A stretch of 64,000 nt of DNA from contig OZ024747.1 of the NCBI GenBank assembly GCA_964016885.1, positions 34,410,001-34,474,000 on the forward strand, written 5' to 3'. The first letter of the stretch is position 1; every line of letters starts with the position of its first letter. The notes beneath the pieces were generated by a model. That model saw only the letters and a program-made list of their open reading frames with translations. It was not told where the DNA came from and did not search any database. Below, piece after piece: positions 46,526-58,574 of this stretch. Source of the stretch: Eledone cirrhosa (Eukaryota). A program made the translations under genes and the position numbers.

Positions 46526-49500
46526 ATTTCATTTATTGGCCACAAGAGCAACATATAGGGGACAACACAAAAGACTGGGACAGTGGGGTTTTACAGAAAA
46601 ACCGAGTAAACAATATGAATAACAATAACAAGGTAACAATAAAATTACAAGAATAATTCCCCAATGGGGGGGATGACCACCCAGGATTCGCTCATGTACC
46701 CCACCAATCTTGAACAACCCGACGCTTCGAGAGCTCCCTGGAAAGACATCTCTCTCCTCCTCACCTACAGGAACATAACCAGAATAAGCCCCCTCACACG
46801 GGTCATTCTCGCAACATTCACCCACCTTTCAGCAAATGTACTGAGGGCAGCACTTCTCTCTCCACCCTCACCTTCCTTTCCAAGTGAAACTTTAAAAAGT
46901 TGATGAGGGATTGACCGAAGAGAAATGTGTATGTCTTCAGTCCTTTCAACCTCGTCCACCATACAACCTCTTTCGCAACTGCCACCAGACAGAGGAAAAT
47001 TGCCTGCGCTTCCTGATCAAAAGAAGGCGTCGGGTCGATCTTCACTGTGGATTCGGCAACAGCTGTTCGACATAACTCCACAAGTCAGTAATGCACGGAC
47101 ACTGGACGAATGCGTGCAGAACGGTTTCGTCGCACTGCGTGCATCTCGGGCAGGTCCGTCTGACAGCACATCCGTGCCTGTAGAGTTTATCTCGAACCGG
47201 CAGGGGCCCCCGGTAGCACTGCCATGCGAGGGATTTTTGGAAATTGTCCATCGTCCCCGGCTCGAAAGTCCTCCGGAACAGACTTGTTAGTTCGACGCCC
47301 AGAGCCTTTCCGAATGCGTCGTCGCACTTGCCCATTACTAATCCTCTATAGAACTTGAGGGTGGAAGTTCCACTGACCGCATTGCCCTCCTTGTAGAGAG
47401 AAATGAGTACCTGGCGACCTTCCAGATGCCAGTCACCCAGTCTCGGTCTCTTCTTGACCCAGGACTGCAGCTCAATCAAAAAGATGAGCTGCGGAAATGC
47501 CTGTCTGACAAACGGCGACCACGCCTGTTTACTGTTTAGGCAGAATACCTGGAGATGGGGCTGCCTCATCGCGTGTCTGCGCATCATCAGCCATAGCATG
47601 CCCAGCCCTCCACGTAGTGGTCGCTGGCAGTAAATGGACCGCCTCACCAACGGAACCTGACGCCTCCACAATAATTTGAAGAGGTGGCATCGGACGACGG
47701 CCAGACGTAGCAGATGACGGACGCGATGTACGCGTTCTCCACTTCCGCCCGACCATTCAGTGATAGCTTCCTCCCAATCCATTTCTGGGTGAGACTGGCT
47801 ACCATGCTCATCACCTCGTCCCAATTCTTATCCACCTGGAGTTCTGGCCCAAACCAAACCCGAACAACTGAACCGGTCCGTCCGTCCAGCGCCCAACGAT
47901 ACTGTTGGATGGCATTGACTTGCCTTCTCCAGGTGCCGAGTTGCAAGCCCACCGACTTTTCCATGTTAAGTTTTGCTCCCGTCAAACTTTCATATTTCTC
48001 CAATAAGTTGCCGACCACCTCGATTTCTGAGGTGTCCGACACCATCACGGTGATGTCATCCACATAAGCCGACACAGCCTTTCCGCGTCCCGGTTAAAGC
48101 GGGATACCCTGCTTCCGCTGTAAAAGCTCGAGAGTCAATATGTACAGAAGGGAGGAGAGAGGGCACCCTTGACGAACCGACCGGGAGATCTGAAACAGTT
48201 CCGAGAAATGGCCATTCATTTTGATCACCGAGCAGGTGTCGCTGTGCATTGCAGCGATCCAGCTTCTGTGGACGAGGCCGTAGCCAGCCGCCTTGAGGAC
48301 AGCCTCCAGGTACCGATGGTTGACCCTATCGAAAGCTTTCGATTGATCTTAATTGATCAGAGTCCCACCAAACCAGGTGTACACCCTACCCTCTCTATGA
48401 TGCACCTGGCCAAAATCTTAAACTCTGTATTGAGCAGTGTTATGGGCCTGCTCGTAGGGCAGACTATCGAAATAGGGTGACTTGCACCTCATGCAGCCGA
48501 CAAGGGCATCCTGAATCTCGGCTGAAGTAATCGGCCTTTCTCAGCGCTCGGCGTCGGCCGTCGAGAACTGCCGCAAATCATCGAGGTAGGGACTGAAGTC
48601 CGCAACCGTGTCTTAGACGCCACTTCCCCCGAACAACCGAGCAAAATGGTGGCGAAAGGCCTCACACATCCAGTTGGAATCGCTCAGGTCGTGTCCATCT
48701 CGTTCCGTCAAAGACCTAATCATGGTTTTATTAACACGCTGCGCCTCTGCCATGCGGGCCTATCGAAAATCTTTGGTTCCCTCGTTTCTCAGAGCATGCG
48801 CGTTAGCTCTGACAATGCACCCTTCGTGTTTTGCATTGAAGAAATGGTCTAATGCAATTCTCGCCCCTAGCATGTCAGTTGCACTGCCACTACAAATAGC
48901 CTTGTCTCACGTATCTACCAACTCCCCCTCCTTTCTATTTTACTCTCACGCTACTTCTTTGCTAAACTCTATCGACATTACTCTAATCTCTCTTTTGAGA
49001 GCCCCCCCCCCGCCCTCCATATATTGTTTATGACTTCTCCTGTCAAATGTTTCTTCACTAAATTATTGACCTGGTCTCTGTAAGCGTTAGGTGTCGGAAA
49101 TGACATGTTCAGATTCCAGTAACCAGGTCCTAACCTACGCGTCTTATCTACGTCGACCATACAGATCACAAACTTGTGATCTGAATAGGCGACCGTTTTA
49201 AAACGAGGACAGCTTACACTATTTCTGTCTATTTTGCCAATGAATATCCTGTCTATATACGATCTAGATGACCCTACGCGGTTAGTCCAGGTTCACACTT
49301 GCGCATTAGGGAAATATAGTCGGTACCTGTCAGACAGTTGGAAATGGCGGATCAGATTCTTGAAGCTTTTGACCCCCTGCTCCTATCGGATACTTCCACA
49401 CAGTTCTAGCGTGCGTCTAAGATGCCGTTCCAGTCCCCCGCTAAAAGTAAATGGCGAGACGTATCCAGAAAGGCTTCCAGGTGTCTAAAGAAGTCCGGTA

Positions 49501-51984
49501 GTCCTGCGTCAGTAGAGGCGTAGACGGCCACCAGTCTAAAGGCACCACCTTCGTTATTGTTCACATCCAGGACCACCAACTTCCAGTCCGAGTCCCGGAA
49601 GATCGACCTTACCTCGAGATCCAGGCCTTTCATACACAGCACTGCCACCCCACCACCCATTCCTGGCCGACTAATAGATGCAAATATCTGATAGTCGTCG
49701 ATAATGGGGATCAGGTAGCACATGTCGGAAATCCTGGTCTCGCTTACGGCAATTACATCCATTTCTCGAGACCTGAGGTCGTTGAGCAGGTGACCCTGCT
49801 TCCAGGACGAGCCCAGTGTCGAACATTTAAACTTCCTACTCTTAATACGGCGATGTTGGCAGGTTAAAGAAAGAGAGGAAAGGTTTACTTACCTTCCGGG
49901 CACTTGTGAAGGTCGGGTGGTTCGACCACCATAGTTGGTGGGGTTATTTTGGGGAACCCCTTTAAATGTCTTGAAGTGGGTTTTACGTATCTCTTTGTAT
50001 AAATCATGCGACATTCGTACCAGAACGCGAAATGTGCTCGATTTAAACATGTCCCCCTCTCTTTGTATTTCTTCACTTCGTGCTACGAGGGCCATGAGTT
50101 CTTTGTTGGTCCTCCTGAGGAGCACGAAGTTTTGTATGTTTTGTTGGTGTGATTTTATTTGTTTGTGTGGCAGTGGTGGTGATGATTTTGATGGTGTTGT
50201 TTCGGTTGTGTCTGTGTTTGTTGTGAGTGCGGTGTCTGTGGTTTCAGATGTTTGTGTGGGTACTTGTTCTTGTGTCTGTTTAGGTTATTTGCGTTTGGGG
50301 GATACTGGTAATTGTTATGGGGTGTTGATGTTGGTGTTGACGGGGAGATGTTTGCGATGGAGGTGGCTGCATTTTTTATTGTGGGTCTTTTTGAGGTTTG
50401 TTGAGTTTTTTTTTTTCATTTTGTGTTTCCTTTTTTGTATTTTGGGGGATTTTGGTTTTCCCTCATCTTCACTACTGGTAAATGAGAGTGTCTGTAAGTG
50501 GGTCTGTGTGTGTGTTTATATTTTTATTTATGTGTGTATTTTTTTGCGGGGGGGGGGAGTTGACAACTTTCCACGTTTCTCCCCTGGGTTGTCAATGTTG
50601 GTGGTGGTCTTTCTATTGGTGTTGTTGCTGGTGGTTTTGCCGTTGCTGGTGTTGGTTGTGGTCCTCGCCCCGGCGTCAGCAGCAGTGGGGCCCTTCGAAC
50701 CGTTGCATCTTTAAGCAGTTGAGGTAGGAGGCTCGCAAATGGGTCTTTACTCACAAACAATGCGGCATTTTGCACTCTGTCATAAATTCTATGACCGACC
50801 CATTCTGAAGGCGGATTTGGTCCGGGATTGTCTTCACATTCTCTGGCCTGATCTGGAGAAGTATCTCCAGGTCAAACCCGGACCAGTCTTCTCTGGCAGT
50901 TCCTGTCACTTCTATCGGGAGGGTTTCCGTCCCCTCCACAATCACACATCCCAGAAGCCACCACATGTCAAACCCTGGTGGGATCCTGGGAATGCGGAGA
51001 CGGGCTGTTCTTTTTCCCATGTGGAGAGGTACATTATGATCTTGCTGGTTTGCAAGGTGTCATAGCGTGTTTCATAGCGAGGGCTTCTGACTTAAACAGC
51101 ACCGAAATGATGCCGTATTGTCTGCCCCTCGCTATGTGTTCGGTATCATCTCTGATGCACCTCAGCGTGACGTCGACATCTGCTTGTGCAATTAAAGCAG
51201 CCCTTTTGGTTTGTGTTGAGATGCATCTGTAATGCACCGTTCTGCGCTCCACTGCCTCAATAGCTTCTACCGGGACAGTTAAGTTGGCCCAGGTTTGCTC
51301 TTGCTTGATGAGCTTCCAGGCCTGTGCCAACTTTTCATCTTTATTTGTTAGGTCTATGTTGATGCATGGCCTCTTTTTCGCTGCTGCTGCAGCGAAACCT
51401 TTCTGCCTGTTGTCGTTGGGGGTGTTGTTGTCGTTGTTCTTGTTGGTGTTGTTGTTATCACTGTCACTGTTATCATTGTTGTCTTTGGTGCCATTGTTGT
51501 TCTCGGTGCAGTTGGTATTGTTGCTGTTGGTGTTGTCGGTATTTGTTTTCTTGTTAGTGGTGTTGATATTGTTGTTGCATTTGTCATTTTCTTTGTTATC
51601 TGTATTTCCGTTGTCGCTGTTACTGTTATCTTTTTCAAAATTAGAGTTCTCAGTGTTGTTATCATCGCTGTCTTTGTTCACGTTGTTTGTGGTGGTGCTT
51701 GTTGTATCAATTTCTGTTAATTTCACCGTAGCGCTCATCTCAACTTCTACGTCGTCTTCAGACGACAGCAGAGTGTTTTTTTGTTTTTTTTCTCGATAAT
51801 ATTTTAAAATTTAAAAAAGTTCAAATATTTGGGCCAAATGGCCCAAATATTATACTTTCCCCTTCACAGGGCAAACTTCGAGGGCTTGTATGCCTTACAC
51901 AACAACAAAAAATTAAATAAATAAGTTTTGACAGGTAAATAAATAAACTTACGAGAGCGAGCAAAAAGACGTCCGTTCGGACCC
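46526..51984 (-). mobile_element. Tx1 copy T8, full length, decayed, distinct subfamily
   Basis: ORF1 fragments (51034..51738, 50751..51020), APE (49406..49762), AYVDD (47644..48075), CPRC knuckle. Both ends abut (AAT)n. Confidence 0.88.
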
Positions 51985-52002
51985 AATAATAATAATAATA
52001 AT

Positions 52003-54190
52003 AGTTTCTTTATTGGCCACAAGGTCTAACATTATAAACGGCACAGAACAATATAGGACGATACAAAGTGGGTTTTGGTCGTGTAAATAGCTTATAAGAA
52101 GATAGAAATCGAGATAGAAATAAGAAAAAATTCAAACAACGAAAATTGACCTCCACATCAAGCGCCTTCTCTCAGTTTTCCCACTCCTCAGTCTACAGGC
52201 GCATACTCAGAGCGAGCACGTTCACTCCAACCAGACACGCCGCTTTCACCCACCTTTCAACAAACTTACTAGTGAAGCTTGAAAAAGTTAATCGGGGATT
52301 GGCTGGAGAGGAAAGTGTCCGTATTGCACCTTTCAACCTTGTCCACCACACAATCGCTTTCGCCATGGCCACCAGGCAGATGAGAACTGCTTGCTCATGC
52401 TCCTCTTTAAAAGTGGATGGCGGGGCTATCTGCTACCGTGACAGCAGCTGTTCGACATAGCTCCACAAGAAAGTAATCCTCGGGCACCGAACGAGTGCGT
52501 GCAGGACGGATTCGTCGCACAGCGTCCACCTCAGACAGACTCGGCTGGCAGCGCCTCCGTGCCTGTAGAGCTTATCCCGAACCGCAACACTCCCCGGTAC
52601 CACTGCCAGGCCAGAGATTTCTGGAAGTTGTCCATAGGCCCCGTTCTGAAAGTTCCTTTGAAGAGAGCGAACAGCTGATCGTCTTCTACGCCCAGGTTCT
52701 CTCCGAGAACATCACCGCTCTTTCACTCAACTAGCCCTCTATATAACGCCGAGGAGGATGTTCCACCGATACTAGTTCCAAGCTCATAGAGAGCGGTGAG
52801 CGCTTGGACACATTCTAGCTTCCAAGCGCTATCCCTCGGTCTTTTCCTGATGCAGTACTGCAGCTACGTCAAAGAAACTAGCTGGGGAAAAGTGCGTCTG
52901 GCAAACGGCTACCACACCTGTTCACCGTCAAGGAAGCACCAGAGATGTCGTGCATGTTTAGGCATAATCAGCGATGGTATGCCTAATCCTCCATGCAACG
53001 GGTGTTCACAGCAAATGGGTCGTCTGACCATGGGAGCATGTCCCTTCCACAAAAAGCGGAAGAGAAGGCACTCCATTTTGGTCAGAGTTGGGCGGGGACA
53101 AGGTTCGACTGTCAGGCTGTAGCAGATGACGGACGCGATATACGCATTCGCCACCTTCGCCCGACCTTTCGGCCCATTTCTGGGTGAGAAAGGCCACTCT
53201 GCTCACCACCTCGCACCTGTTTTTCTTAATCTGGAGGTCCGGACCGAACCCCAAGCAATTTAACCGGTCATTCCGTCCAGCGCCCCACTACGCTGTCGGA
53301 CGGCATGGACTTGCCTCTCCAGGTACCGGGCTGCAAGCCCACTGTCTTTTTTTGGTTGATCTTTGCTCCTTTCATCGCTTCGTTCTCCTTGAGGGCGGTG
53401 TCGACCATTTGGACGTGTTTGGTCCTGGACACCACCACGGTGACATCGTTGTCGTAAGCTGACACGGAACTCCTACATCCCATTTCGCATGGGAAACCCC
53501 TCATCGTCTCCAATTTGTCCAGCAACGGCTCGAGGGCCAGTACGTACAAGAGGGAGGAGAGGGGGAAACCATGCCAGACCGAGCGCATGATGCCGAAAGG
53601 CTGCGACAGGTGACCATCACCCTCACAATCGAGCAGATGTCGCTGTGCATCGCAGCGATCCAGCCCCTAACAACGAGCCCGAACCCGGCCGTCTCGAGGA
53701 CCGCAGCCAGGTACCGATGGTCGACCCTATTAAATGCTTTAGATTGATCCAAGTTGATCAGGGCGCCACCTGTGCCAGGTTCCTTAACCACCCTCTCTAT
53801 GATGCATCGCATGGGATAGAGGTGGTCGTGGATGGATCTGTCTGGAATGGTGCATGTCTGCGCCTCTCCCACAAGCGCCAATCTTTTTGATAACACATTG
53901 GCTAACATCTTAAACTCTACGTTTAGCATAGTTATGGGCCTGAAGTTGTCTATAACGTCCCCCTTGTTCGGGTCTTTTCTCAGCAGCGCCACTGCTCCCC
54001 TGCCAACAAAACGGGGAATGCTCCCGTTCTGCTACCAGTTGCAGTAGACATCTGCCAACAGGTCGCCGAACAAGTCTGGCATATTCGCATAAAACTCGTA
54101 GGACAGACCATGCAAAATGGCGATTTACCCCCCGTGTAGTCAGACATCGCTTCCTGTATTTAACCTGCTGTTATCGGCCTTTCGCAGCAA
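52003..54190 (-). mobile_element. Tx1 copy T9, 5'-truncated, decayed (T4-like 3' UTR)
   Basis: NFRPITMLN, LDQSKAFNRVDH (53501..53992); 3' end GACCTTGTGGCCAATAAAGAAAC-(ATT)n. Confidence 0.88.
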
Positions 54191-54758
54191 TTTCTATATC
54201 AGTTAGTAACATTTCCTTAACAATATTTCTTCGTATATTGGCTAGTTTGTTACTGACAATAACCTCTGTTTACGGGATGTTTCTTTTTCCAGTTGATATA
54301 TGTCTGTTCTGTATTCGATCTATTTGATGTGTAGTACATGGCAGTATAGAAATCTTCAAGGACTTATTTAGTCTGTTCCCTTGACCATTTTTCTCTCTTT
54401 TTCTTTGGATACCTTGGTTGTGAGTATGGAGGGTCAACAGTAGGAGTATTCCGGTTAAGGGAGGTCTCCAGCTCCGAAATGATGGGAAGGTTTGAACCAT
54501 TAGCTGATTTTTTTACTCCAGTCTGGTTCCACTATGAGGGACGCGGCCCGTTTTGACCCGGGTGACGGCCGATCCGGTATAAGATTTTATCATTTGACAT
54601 TGGTTTTATTTTGTAGTGTTTTATCCATAACCGCTAAGGTGTAAACATTTCGTGTTACCACTTCTAGGACGAGTGTCAACCAAGACTAGAGGGTCATCCT
54701 CCCCTAGAGACACGGCTATTCCTCGCCGGCCTCCATCTCGGTATTTCTTGTCACGGGG

Positions 54759-54761
<3 letters not shown>
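54191..54761 (-). mobile_element. Dong-like D2 5' end fragment (5' UTR and ORF start)
   Basis: 54191-54360 is the reverse complement of ~42825-42995; the element starts right after the (AAT)n at 54762. Confidence 0.8.
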
Positions 54762-54790
<29 letters not shown>

Positions 54791-54791
<1 letters not shown>

Positions 54792-54885
54792 AGGTTAACT
54801 TTGCCTTTCATCCTTGCGGGGTCGACAGAATAAAGTACCAGTAATACATTGGTTAATTGCTGGCCTTGTGCCAAAAGTAGAAACA
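54791..54885 (+). mobile_element. 5'-truncated SINE inside (ATT)n
   Basis: GCCTTTCATCCTTGCGGGGTCGAC...GGCCTTGTGCCAAAAGTAGAAAC, with ATT runs on both sides. Confidence 0.85.
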
Positions 54886-54905
54886 ATTATTATTATTATT
54901 ATTAT

Positions 54906-55192
54906 TGTTCTGTGAGTCTCAGTCATTGATGTTAGTTAACTGGAATGTTTGTTGAAATGAATATCAAGCCACAGTCTCCTCTCTCTCTCCACAGATCCTG
55001 CACAGTGGGCTAGCCTCCTCCTTGTAAATGTGGTGTTTCAACCACTTCGTTTTGAGGGCCTGCTCTTGCGCAGCCATTAACATTCCTTCTGTAGCCTTTT
55101 TAAGGACTCCGCTTTTCAACCAGTTCCATGTCTGTGGATCTCAGAATTCAGTTTTCTCAAAGAAGGTACTATGAAGGGATTTTTCATGAAGG
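54906..55192 (-). mobile_element. Dong-like D1 3' fragment with internal deletion
   Basis: Reverse complement of ~8175-8385 joined to ~8945-9005. Confidence 0.85.
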
Positions 55193-55449
55193 CTGTATTA
55201 TTATTATTAGTATTATTGTTATTAATATTATTATTATTATTACAGTTGCATTTATCTTGCTTTATGTTCATACGAGTTATCACCAAGTCACAACCAGTGA
55301 CCTCATGAGACAACAAGGTCCGCCATGTTCAAGAAAGAACATACATATTCACACATGCATCTTTAGTGTTTAGACTTGTGATGTACTTATATTGACAGAA
55401 TCTTCCTTAGTATATGGGCAGTTCCCATTAGTACTATCTTTTGTATTTC

Positions 55450-56394
55450 TCATATACGCGGGTTTCCTGGGATTTGCGATATGTAATCATTAGACCCCTT
55501 AGGTATCATTCCCAGAGCGCCTACAACCACTGGTATTGTTTTAGTTCTCAATTTCCACATTTTTCCAATTTCTATCTCCAGGTCCTTATACTTACTCAAT
55601 TTTTCAAATGTTTTTATAGATACATTCTTGTCTATTGTAACAGACATATCAATTAGCAGGCATACCCTCTTTTGAAAGTCTTTCAATATTATATCAGGTC
55701 TGTTTGCATCTATTTTTCGGTCTGTTTGGATGCTAAAGTTCCACAAGATTGAGATGTGATCTTTTTCAAGTATGGGAGGTGGTTGATGCTTCCACCAATT
55801 CTTTTGATGGGGCAGGTCAAAATGCTTACACATTATCCAATGTATGTATTGTGCAGCTCTGTCATGCCTGTTTAGGTATTCGGTTGGAGCTATAGGACTG
55901 CACATTGAAATTATATGGTCAATGGTCTCTGGTTGTTTTTTGCATACACGGCATAATGGGCTGCATCCATTTTTTATTATGTTGGCTTGGTAATTTTTTG
56001 TTGGCAGACACTGATCTTGTGCCGATATAATCAGTCCTTCAGTCTCCGATTTCAGTCCAGAGGATGCCAACCACTGATGGGTTAAAGTTTTGTCAACATC
56101 AGGATTGTTAGCTCGCTCTGGGTATTTTCCATACAGAGGCTTTTCTTGCCATTTCTTAGCCAGTTTCTGTAGCAGTTCTTTCTTTGCAGTTACTTTTACC
56201 TGCTTTGCTTTTTCTGTGTTTTCCATTTCAGCAGTAAATTGGACTTCTGAAATTTGTAGTCCATTACTGTATCTTTGTGCATCTTTTGTAATGGAATATG
56301 ATCTTTTGATGCTTTCGTGTTTCAAAACGAGTTTGATCATCCAATCATGTGATTCCCTTAGATATGTAGATAATCCAATTGATGCAGTTTTCAA
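55450..56394 (-). pseudogene. CCHC knuckle + restriction-like endonuclease of Dong-like D2
   Basis: CxxC-H-C, RHD and PD..D motifs. Confidence 0.9.
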
Positions 56395-56684
56395 CGCAAT
56401 GTCCTCTTTCTTTCCTAGGGAGATATATTCTATCTATATCTGCCTTAGGGTGATGCATTCTGTGCATGGTTAAGAATTTTCGAATTTTTGTATCGAGCCT
56501 ACGGATCTCTGTGCTTGACCAGTTGATGACATTGTAACTGTAGGTTACTACTGGTATGGCAAGCGTGTTTATGGCATCGATCCTATTCCTTGCATTCAAT
56601 TCCGTTCTTAAGATTGCTCTGACTCTGCGGTAACATTCCTTCCTTATCCTTTCCCTCATTGTCTAGTGCTTGATTCCGTCTCCT

Positions 56685-57647
56685 TCACAAACACCTAGAT
56701 ATTTGTAAGTTTTTTCTTGATAAAGTTCTCTTATCACGTTCCCCACGATCAAGATTAATGTCTGAACTCTTCAGCAGCTTTCCTCTGGTGAACGTTGCTT
56801 TGGCGCATTTATCTAGTCCAAACTCCATTTTAATGTCATCACTGAACTGCTTCACAGTGGATAATAGCCCTTGCAATTGTTCCTCATTTTTTGCAAACAG
56901 TTTCAGGTCATCCATGTAGAACAGGTGATTAATGGTTTTGTCATAAACTTTATATCCATGTTTTGTTTCATTGAGCATTTTACTTAATGGTATAAGTGCG
57001 ATGCAGAATAAAAGCGGTGATAAAGAGTCACCCTGAAAAATTCCACAACTAATATTAACTTCTCCAGCATCCAGTGATTTTGTTTTACTATTCAAAAGGA
57101 GTGTCGTTTTCCATGTCTTCATACTGAATGACAGAAACCTCCTGACAACGGGGGATATTTTGAAAATCTCTAAACATTTTTCAATCCAACTGTGTGGCAA
57201 ACTATCGAATGCTTTTTTATAATCTATCCAAGCAATCGATAGATTTTTGTGTCTATTATGACAATCTTCCAGTATCATTTTGTTAACCAGAAGCTGATCC
57301 CTACAGCCATATGAGCCTCGTTTACACCCTTTCTGCTCAATGAGAAATAGGTCATTTGTTATCAGGTGGTCATATGTGTATTCAGTTAGGACTGATGTTA
57401 AAATTTTATACATTGTGGTCAAGCAAGTTATCGGTCTGTAATTTTTAGGATTGTTTGTCTCATCATTCTTCGGAAGCAGGAATGTAATGCCGTTAACTAG
57501 CCATGAAGGTATCTTTTCTGGCTCCTTAACTATTTCATTGTAAAGTTGGGCTAACAGCTCATGAGACTCTGTGAAGGCATTTATCCAAAAGTTTTGTATT
57601 TTGTCTTTTCCTGGGGATTTCCATTTGCTGGTTTTTCTTAGAGCCAA
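56685..57647 (-). pseudogene. Reverse transcriptase domain of Dong-like D2
   Basis: Track ORF with full RT motif series; frameshift before YKYLG. Confidence 0.9.
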
Positions 57648-58185
57648 AAGCGCAACTGTTCAACTGTTATATTTTCCCATGTTTGTTCCTCAAGGTGAGC
57701 TGTATCTTTCATTTGTCTGTCTATCCATGGGGCATGTATGTTATGAACTTTTTCTTCGGCCAGATCTTTTCCCAGAATTCTTGCACTTCTTCCTTGGGTG
57801 GTATTGATTTAGCAGTTATTGTTGACTTACCAATTTTTCTGTAGAAGTTTCTTTGGTTGTTTTTGAACATATTATTGTCCTTATAGAATCTAGATCGTTT
57901 TTCAAAGCGCCTTATACGAGCAGCTTTGGCCGACACTTTTTGCTTGATTATTTCTATCAGCATGTCTATGTCACATGTTGATTTTATACTGTACTTTTTT
58001 TTCAATTTTCTAAGTTTAGTTTGTTTAACATGTTCACCTACTTTATAGTTTGTTAACATTTCTATGTCAGATCGGAGAAGGTTTATTTGGCGATTGATGT
58101 TCTCTTGCCAAGTAGATTTCTTGTGGGAATTCCTTTGTTTTTTCATCTTCACTCCACATAAGTGAGTGGTGACTTTAGCCGATGC

Positions 58186-58250
<65 letters not shown>

Positions 58251-58270
58251 CGTAGTAGTAGTAGTAGTAG
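58186..58270. repeat. (TAT)n(TAG)n microsatellite
   Basis: Visible. Confidence 0.95.
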
Positions 58271-58273
58271 ACA

Positions 58274-58495
58274 TCACCTTTCAGAAATTGTGCTGGGAAA
58301 CATCACTCCTTTCTTTACCCTCACCTTCTTTTCCAAATGAAATTTGCCAAAGCAGTCAGGGATTGTCCGAAGGGAAAAGTGTCTGTCTTCAGTCCTTTCA
58401 ACCTGGTCCACCCTACAACCTTTTTCGCTACTGCCACCAAACAGAGGAAAATTGCCTGCGCTTCCTGGCCAAGGAAACAAAGGTGTATCACCGGA
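58274..58495 (-). mobile_element. Tx1 ORF2 C-terminal fragment T10
   Basis: Similar to 46820-47030 (CAGTCCTTTCAACCT.GTCCACC, CAGAGGAAAATTGCCTGCGCTTCCTG). Confidence 0.75.
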
Positions 58496-58574
58496 CTGAT
58501 GAGCCTTCAATTGTAAGTTGCAGAGAGCAAATATTGCTCAATAATGTCTACGATTTAATAATGTAACTGATATA

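Larger units (their letters stand above)
55241..58185 (-). mobile_element. Dong-like D2 copy, 5'-truncated, relatively young (few frameshifts)
   Basis: ORFs 56685..57647 ([26 protein letters not shown]) and 55450..56394 (CRVCKKQPETIDHIISMC, RHD, RPDII, KYKDL). Confidence 0.93.
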
